A stretch of 12,873 nucleotides of DNA from a virus (lineage: Duplodnaviria > Heunggongvirae > Uroviricota > Caudoviricetes). Shown here piece by piece: positions 7,398 to 12,873 of this stretch. The stretch lies in IMG/VR virus record IMGVR_UViG_2909309443_000005, one strand, 5' to 3'. Positions within the stretch are counted from its first letter, which is position 1. Every line of letters begins with the position of its first letter. The notes below the pieces were generated by a model. It was not told the DNA's origin. It worked only from the letters and a program-made list of their open reading frames with translations, and made no database searches. Made by a program: the position numbers and the translations under genes.

Positions 7398-8447
7398 GTG
7401 CGGGTATTACTTCGACCTGTTCTGGTACCGGAACTCGGGCTGGTGGTCGTTAAGCCGGGCCGTGAATCCATGCCGGTATTCCACAATACCCGGGTACTGG
7501 TGGAGCCGGAACCGAAAAGCATGCGTAATCTGCCGTCCGGGGTCGTTCCTGCCGTTCGCCAGCCGCTGGTGGAAGACAAAACATTGCTGCCGTTTTTCAG
7601 TAACGCACGGGTAATTCGTGCTGCTGGTGGTGCTGGTGCATTGTCTGACTGGCTGTTGCGCCATATTAAATCCTGCCAGTGGCCACACGGCGATTATCAT
7701 CACAGCGAAACCGTTATTCACCGATATGGTACCGGCGCAATGGTGTTGTGCTGGCACTGCGACAACCAGCTGCGTGACCAGACATCCGAATCACTCGAGC
7801 AACTTGCTCATCAAAACCTGTCAGCATGGATGATTGACGTCATCGGTCACGCAATAAGCGGTACGCAGGAGCGTGAATTATCTCTGGCTGAATTATCCTG
7901 GTGGGCGGTCCGCAATCAGCTGGCGGACGCGCTACCGGAAGCGGTATTACGTCGCTCGCTGGGATTACCAGCGGAAAAAATCTGCTCGGTGTACCGCGAA
8001 AGCGACATCGTACCGGGAGAGCAGACCGCCACCAGCATATTGAAACAGCGCACAAAAAATCTTGCACCGTTGCCTCACGCCCACCAGCAACAAAACCCAT
8101 CACAGGAAAAGACGGTGGTAAGCATCACCGTTGATCCAGAGTCTCCGGAATCTTTCATGAAGCTGCCTAAACGTCACCGGTGGGTTAAGGAGAAATACAC
8201 ACGCTGGGTTAAGACACAGCCGTGTGCTTGCTGCGGTATGCCAGCCGACGATCCGCATCATCTGATTGGTCACGGGCAGGGCGGAATGGGAACCAAAGCA
8301 CATGATCTCTTTGTTTTGCCTTTGTGCAGAAAGCATCACGACGAGTTGCATACGGATACCGTGGCATTTGAAGAGAAGTATGGCTCCCAACTGGAGCTGA
8401 TTTTTCGATTTATCGATCGCGCGCTGGCAATTGGTGTGCTGGCCTAA
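7398..8447 (+). CDS. ydfU: YdfU-like DUF968 protein with C-terminal HNH-like Cys/His motif
   Basis: 349-aa ORF with GTG start 4 nt after GGAGG and 1 nt after the rem stop (translational coupling). C-terminus carries CACCG...[10 protein letters not shown]...[11 protein letters not shown]. Matches K-12 YdfU as I recall it. Confidence 0.85.
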   Translation: MRVLLRPVLVPELGLVVVKPGRESMPVFHNTRVLVEPEPKSMRNLPSGVVPAVRQPLVEDKTLLPFFSNARVIRAAGGAGALSDWLLRHIKSCQWPHGDYHHSETVIHRYGTGAMVLCWHCDNQLRDQTSESLEQLAHQNLSAWMIDVIGHAISGTQERELSLAELSWWAVRNQLADALPEAVLRRSLGLPAEKICSVYRESDIVPGEQTATSILKQRTKNLAPLPHAHQQQNPSQEKTVVSITVDPESPESFMKLPKRHRWVKEKYTRWVKTQPCACCGMPADDPHHLIGHGQGGMGTKAHDLFVLPLCRKHHDELHTDTVAFEEKYGSQLELIFRFIDRALAIGVLA

Positions 8448-8464
8448 TTTTGTGGAGTAAGTTG

Positions 8465-8844
8465 ATGCGTGATATTCAGATGGTTCTTGAGCGTTGGGGG
8501 GCATGGGCGGCTAATAATCATGAAGATGTGACCTGGTCGTCCATTGCCGCCGGTTTTAAGGGATTAATTCCTTCAAAAGTAAGATCTCGTCCGCAATGCT
8601 GTGACGATGACGCGATGATCATTTGTGAATGTATGGCTCGCCTGAAAAAAAAAACAACAGCGATTTACATGATTTATTGGTGGACTATTATGTCGGCGGC
8701 ATGACTTTTATGGCGCTTGCACATAAGCATGGGCGATCTGATTGTTGGGTTGGCAGGATGCTCCAGAAAGCTGAGGGCGTAGTGGAGGGCATGCTGATGG
8801 TGTTGGATCTCCGATTGGAGATGGATGCTGATTGTTCGAAATAA
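8465..8844 (+). pseudogene. Late antiterminator Q (small QuuD/DLP12-type), disrupted by frameshift in an A10 homopolymer
   Basis: ATG 8465 (SD GGAG 8453-8456) encodes [22 protein letters not shown]...CECMARLKK up to the A10 run at 8645-8654. The frame then shifts so that a second frame (8653 onward) encodes [63 protein letters not shown]. Joined, the product is about 125 aa, the size of QuuD. With 8 or 11 As the gene would be in frame. Confidence 0.75.
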
Positions 8845-8856
8845 TTAAAGGAAAAG

Positions 8857-8892
8857 TTGCTGTCTGATTTTCATTAGTCTAACATTTTAAAT
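8857..8892 (+). promoter_or_regulatory. Candidate late promoter (PR'-like) / qut region downstream of Q
   Basis: Position is immediately 3' of Q and about 60-100 nt upstream of a strong terminator, as expected for PR'-tR'. Hexamers are weak (TTGCTG ... TAACAT, or TTGGAA ... TATCAT). Positional inference only. Confidence 0.25.
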
Positions 8893-8943
8893 GTTGGAAT
8901 CGCAACGTAGTTATTATCATATAACAGCTTGTTTCCTGATTTA

Positions 8944-8971
8944 GCCAGCCTCCCCAAAGGCTGGTTTTTTT
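8944..8971 (+). terminator. Intrinsic terminator (tR'-like): GCCAGCC-TCCCCAAA-GGCTGG(T) hairpin followed by T7
   Basis: Stem 8944-8950 / 8959-8965 and T-run 8965-8971, read directly from the sequence. Confidence 0.6.
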
Positions 8972-9189
8972 CTAATAAGTATCATTTCGGGTGGGGATTT
9001 TATTGTTTAACCCATAATAGTTCATTGACATTGAATCCCAACTTTTGAGCGGTACGCACATAGTCTGCTTTTACATTATCTGGAATAGTTTGGGTCCTTG
9101 CCAGAATCCATAGGTATTCTCTGTTCGGACCACTGGTGATGCTGCCAACTTACTGATTTAGTGTATGATGGTGTTTTTGAGGTGCTCCA

Positions 9190-9465
9190 GTGGCTTCTGT
9201 TTCTATCAGCTGTCCCTCCTGTTCAGCTACTGACGGGGTGGTGCGTAACGGCAAAAGCACCGCCGGACATCAGCGCTATCTCTGCTCTCACTGCCGTAAA
9301 ACATGGCAACTGCAGTTCACTTACACCGCTTCTCAACCCGGTACGCACCAGAAAATCATTGATATGGCCATGAATGGCGTTGGATGCCGGGCAACTGCCC
9401 GCATTATGGGCGTTGGCCTCAACACGGTTTTACGTCACTTAAAAAACTCAGGCCGCAGTCGGTAA
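9190..9465 (+). CDS. insA: IS1 InsA
   Basis: 91-aa [48 protein letters not shown]..., matching IS1 InsA from memory. Confidence 0.95.
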   Translation: MASVSISCPSCSATDGVVRNGKSTAGHQRYLCSHCRKTWQLQFTYTASQPGTHQKIIDMAMNGVGCRATARIMGVGLNTVLRHLKNSGRSR

Positions 9466-9887
9466 CCTCGCGCATACAACCGGGCAGTGATGTGATTGTC
9501 TGCGCGGAAATGGACGAACAGTGGGGCTACGTCGGTGCTAAATCACGTCAGCGCTGGCTGTTTTACGCGTATGACAGGATACGGAGGACAGTTGTGGCGC
9601 ACGTTTTCGGTGAACGCACTCTGGCCACACTGGCGCGTCTTCTGAGCCTGCTGTCGGCCTTTGAGGTCGTGGTATGGATGACGGATGGCTGGCCGCTGTA
9701 TGAATCCCGCCTGAAGGGAAAGCTGCACGTTATCAGCAAGCGTTACACTCAGCGCATTGAGCGACATAATCTGAATCTGAGACAACATCTGGCAAGGCTG
9801 GGACGGAAGTTACTGTCGTTCTCAAAATCGGTGGAGCTGCATGACAAGGTCATCGGGCATTATCTGAACATAAAACACTATCAGTAA
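9384..9887 (+). CDS. insB: IS1 InsB' frame (transposase InsAB' made by -1 frameshift from insA)
   Basis: 167-aa ORF in the -1 frame relative to insA, overlapping it around the A6C motif. Confidence 0.9.
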
Positions 9888-9902
9888 GTTGGAGTCACTA
9901 CC

Positions 9903-10252
9903 ATTACTTGCATCATCATTTTTCCTGTTGGACTGGTCAGGTCAATGCCACCCAATGCTAAGCAATGCACTCTGATACCTGTTTCGGTCAGTTGTTCCAC
10001 TGTTTTCCTGATATCCATTGCATTACAACCAAGGCGATCCAGTTTTGTCACAATCAATTGATCACCACATTTCAGGCGAGCAAGCAACCGGTTAAAACCA
10101 GGACGCTCACTGGTTGCTGCTGAGCCGCTAATGTGTTCTTCGATTATTTGCTGAGGTTTGATTTTAAAACCTGCACTTTCGATTTCCCGGCGTTGATTTT
10201 CGGTGGTCTGATCCAGCGTTGATATCCGACAGTAAGCAAAAATTCGAGACAT
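9903..10252 (-). pseudogene. pinQ: Pin-type serine recombinase (DNA invertase), 5' ~116 codons, 3'-truncated by IS1
   Basis: Minus-strand ORF from ATG 10252 encodes [31 protein letters not shown]...[45 protein letters not shown], a serine-recombinase catalytic domain resembling PinQ/PinR as I recall them. The frame runs into the IS1 right end, and the last codons of the six-frame ORF are IS1-derived. Confidence 0.8.
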
Positions 10253-10569
10253 AGTGAGACTCTATTCGAAATTGGTGTTCATATCATAATGCATCTCAGA
10301 AAATAATTATGATTATTTTTGTGCATATTTGTATGTACACGTTCGAAAATAAACGAATGCGTATGCAACCCCGTAATTTTTGGTGAGACCCAAAATCGAT
10401 TTTGTGAAAAATGGCTTTAACTCGGTTTGTTTTTCGAGTTCCGGGCGGGCTCAAGGAAGAAGAATAGTGTTGCGTGTTATTTTAACCAGATTTCAAGTTG
10501 TTTGGACGTGGAAAAGTGGAGCAAAATGTTGTTAAAGTGGAAAAATGATAAAAAAGTAAGTTTATTATA

Positions 10570-10803
10570 TTACATTTTACCATTTAAATTTTGGTTGTCT
10601 TTAAGAACTGATATCGCTGTTTGTAATAATTCTTTGTTATCCAGCCATGATTTTTTCTTTATGTTTCCTTCAATGTAATCAAGCAATGTTCTGGTATTAA
10701 TAGGTCTTCCCTGTTTTGCTACTTCCACTACAGCATCCCCTAGGATAATTCTTACTTCAGGAAGCTGCGCAGGGAACCACTTTAGGGTGTCTTTTGATTT
10801 CAT
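10570..10803 (-). CDS. ydfK: YdfK/YnaE-family small prophage protein (cold-shock-associated), 77 aa
   Basis: ATG 10803 with SD AAGGAA 8 nt upstream encodes MKSKDTLKWFPAQLPEVRIILGDAVVEVAKQ.... The longer 88-aa ORF start at 10836 has no SD. Identity is from recall and from the K-12 Qin gene order (ydfK next to pinQ). Confidence 0.7.
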   Translation of the reverse strand: MKSKDTLKWFPAQLPEVRIILGDAVVEVAKQGRPINTRTLLDYIEGNIKKKSWLDNKELLQTAISVLKDNQNLNGKM

Positions 10804-11631
10804 GAAGATATTCCTTAAAATATTATTGATTTTCATTGCGATATTGTATGTCTGATTCAGGATATGTTGACTTATACATCGGTTTTGTCTGGGTTATTGG
10901 ATATGCCAATCCCTAATTTTATTAGGGCATGACTAAAAATGCTGAATATGATAAGGAGAGAAGTGATTATCAGTATGCTGTTCATATAGCCTCGAATTAG
11001 TAATGTGTTATATATGATATAGTTGACAATTTTTATCTTGGGTGTTTTTAAAGTTCGTAGATAAACATTGTCGTTTCAGGTATACAGGAATGCTAGCAGG
11101 TGGCAGCAAAAATCAGGCGGTTTATGGCGCAAGCTGAAGCGGCAACTGCAAACTATCTTATGCAGAGACTCTACACGGATTGGGTTTAAAAGTATACATA
11201 GATAACAGTTTTTATCTGAAAAAGAAAAATATCAAGGTGATATAGCCTATATGCCTTTGATGCGGAGGAATGACTGTGATGGGAGTGATGTATCTGAATA
11301 GTTGAAAAAACGCAGACACGCCTTATGCAAGAACGTGCTGCGGTTGGCTGGTAAATTTTTCGATAGTGTGAGTATTGAATGATTTCCAGCCGTTCTTGAT
11401 TTTACGCATAAATCCATGAAAAAACTACTTATCTGTTGGGGAGTTTTTTTGGGGCATATATGGGACAGAAATAGGCCCCAGATAGACACTGAGATCGAAC
11501 TTAGGATGCTTTTTAAAAAATGCAACTATCTGAAAAAACCTAGAAAACGCCAAGGAAACCACAGGATGGGAAAAAACACCTGTGAATTATGGATTTCCAG
11601 TTATATTCGCTCGGCGCAGCGTTAGTGTTTC

Positions 11632-12873
11632 ATGAAATATTTTTTTCCTGAATCATCAACGGCAATGGTGTTAATTCTGGCATTGGGAACCTACGGTGCA
11701 GGTTATGTGGCGCGTATTGTCGGAGCATTTATTTTCGGCAAAATGGGCGACAGAATAGGGCGTAAAAAAGTGCTCTTTATTACCATCACCATGATGGGGA
11801 TCTGTACCACCTTAATTGGTGTGTTACCGACCTATGCACAGATTGGTGTTTTTGCACCCATCTTGCTGGTGACGTTGCGTATTATTCAGGGGTTGGGTGC
11901 AGGTGCGGAAATTTCCGGTGCCGGTACGATGCTGGCGGAATATGCGCCAAAAGGTAAGCGCGGAATTATCTCCTCATTTGTGGCTATGGGAACTAACTGC
12001 GGAACCTTGAGCGCAACGGCAATCTGGGCCTTTATGTTCTTCATTCTCAGTAAAGAGGAACTGCTGGCGTGGGGATGGCGTATACCGTTCCTGGCGAGCG
12101 TTGTCGTGATGGTCTTTGCTATCTGGTTGCGTATGAATCTGAAAGAAAGCCCGGTCTTTGAGAAGGTTAACGACAGTAACCAACCGACAGCAAAACCTGC
12201 ACCTGCTGGTAGCATGTTCCAGAGCAAATCCTTCTGGCTGGCAACAGGGCTGCGTTTTGGTCAGGCGGGTAACTCCGGGTTAATTCAGACTTTCCTTGCA
12301 GGCTATTTAGTGCAGACGTTATTGTTTAACAAAGCAATTCCAACAGATGCATTGATGATCAGTTCGATTCTCGGCTTTATGACCATTCCGTTCCTTGGTT
12401 GGTTATCCGATAAAATTGGTCGCCGGATCCCGTATATTATTATGAATACCTCCGCGATTGTGCTGGCATGGCCAATGCTTTCTATCATTGTAGATAAAAG
12501 CTATGCCCCGAGCACCATTATGGTTGCACTGATTGTGATTCATAACTGTGCGGTGCTGGGATTATTTGCTCTGGAAAACATTACCATGGCAGAAATGTTC
12601 GGCTGTAAAAACCGCTTTACCCGGATGGCTATTTCTAAAGAAATTGGTGGTCTTATCGCTTCCGGTTTTGGTCCTATCCTGGCGGGTATTTTCTGCACCA
12701 TGACGGAATCCTGGTATCCGATCGCCATTATGATCATGGCATATTCAGTGATTGGTTTAATCTCTGCGCTGAAAATGCCAGAGGTGAAAGACCGTGATTT
12801 AAGTGCGCTGGAAGACGCTGCGGAAGATCAACCGCGTGTTGTAAGAGCTGCGCAACCTTCCAGAAGTCTGTAA
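11632..12873 (+). CDS. ydfJ: MFS transporter, metabolite:H+ symporter family (YdfJ); 5' end disrupted by a T7-run frameshift
   Basis: 413-aa ORF with multiple predicted transmembrane segments and MFS motifs (GKMGDRIGRKK; RIIQGLGAGAE). Upstream, in another frame, ATG 11589 encodes MDFQLYSLGAALVFHEIFF, the expected first transmembrane helix; it would fuse in frame if the T-run at 11640-11646 were 6 rather than 7 nt, giving a 427-aa protein. Confidence 0.85.
   Translation: MKYFFPESSTAMVLILALGTYGAGYVARIVGAFIFGKMGDRIGRKKVLFITITMMGICTTLIGVLPTYAQIGVFAPILLVTLRIIQGLGAGAEISGAGTMLAEYAPKGKRGIISSFVAMGTNCGTLSATAIWAFMFFILSKEELLAWGWRIPFLASVVVMVFAIWLRMNLKESPVFEKVNDSNQPTAKPAPAGSMFQSKSFWLATGLRFGQAGNSGLIQTFLAGYLVQTLLFNKAIPTDALMISSILGFMTIPFLGWLSDKIGRRIPYIIMNTSAIVLAWPMLSIIVDKSYAPSTIMVALIVIHNCAVLGLFALENITMAEMFGCKNRFTRMAISKEIGGLIASGFGPILAGIFCTMTESWYPIAIMIMAYSVIGLISALKMPEVKDRDLSALEDAAEDQPRVVRAAQPSRSL

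Larger units (their letters stand above)
9135..9902 (+). mobile_element. IS1 insertion sequence, complete (768 bp)
   Basis: Left end GGTGATGCTGCCAACTTACTGAT at 9135; right end ...ATCAGTAAGTTGGAGTCACTACC at 9902; internal insA/insB' with the A6C slippery site at 9441-9447. Flanking 9-mers CGGACCACT and ATTACTTGC differ, so there is no target-site duplication. Confidence 0.95.

Noticed and set aside
7325-8504. Minus-strand ORFs overlapping rem/ydfU (7325-7579, 7407-7757, 7840-8103, 8100-8504)
   Set aside because: Antisense to the well-supported ydfU CDS, Arg/Pro/Gly-rich as expected for the reverse strand of a GC-rich gene.
8450-8844. Two overlapping ORFs (8450-8704 and 8629-8844) listed as separate genes
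   Set aside because: They are the two halves of a single Q antiterminator gene split by the A10-run frameshift. The track start at 8450 is a TTG; the supported start is ATG 8465.
9881-10252. 123-aa ORF as an intact small recombinase
   Set aside because: Serine invertases are about 190 aa. The C-terminal codons derive from the IS1 end, so this is a truncated pin gene.
10253-10569. Searched for a Gin/Hin-type crossover site (gix/hix-like 26-bp imperfect palindrome) or invertible segment upstream of the pin fragment
   Set aside because: Only short TTCGAAA repeats (10264 and 10347) were found, with no convincing crossover-site palindrome. The normally invertible tail-fibre partner genes are absent.
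11247-11625. ORFs 11247-11525 (minus) and 11416-11625 (plus) between ydfK and ydfJ
   Set aside because: The plus ORF is the out-of-frame read-through of the ydfJ 5' region, and the minus ORF has no SD or recognisable family. The region is better explained as the ydfK promoter/5' UTR and the prophage-host junction.
1-12873. CRISPR arrays, tRNA or rRNA genes, including a tRNA next to the integrase 3' end
   Set aside because: No regularly spaced direct repeats and no tRNA-like cloverleaf were seen. The integrase 3' end sits at the window edge, so any att or tRNA target would lie outside the window; the other end of the prophage is inside ydfJ.

Overview
This window is the degraded remnant of a lambdoid (Qin/Rac-type) prophage, running from the left edge to about 11.6 kb, where it abuts the host MFS transporter gene ydfJ. 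Reading left to right: an integrase, an excisionase-like gene and a 744-aa exonuclease gene (all minus strand); a complete IS3 (4104-5361); the N-terminal half of an AbiH-like abortive-infection gene cut off by that IS3; an apparently intact mok/hok type I toxin locus; rem-like and ydfU-like genes; a Q antiterminator gene broken by a frameshift in an A10 run, followed by a terminator; a complete IS1 (9135-9902); the 5' fragment of a Pin-type invertase cut off by that IS1; a ydfK-like small gene; and ydfJ, which carries a frameshift in a T7 run near its 5' end. Neither IS has a target-site duplication, so both probably mark IS-mediated deletions (replication, lysis and tail genes are absent). 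The items most worth follow-up are the truncated AbiH-like defence gene, an unannotated 29-codon hydrophobic ORF with a perfect Shine-Dalgarno just upstream of the hok promoter, the hok locus with its own mok leader, and the two homopolymer frameshifts. No tRNA, rRNA or CRISPR array was found. All protein identifications are from recall of family sequences and motifs, not from a database search.
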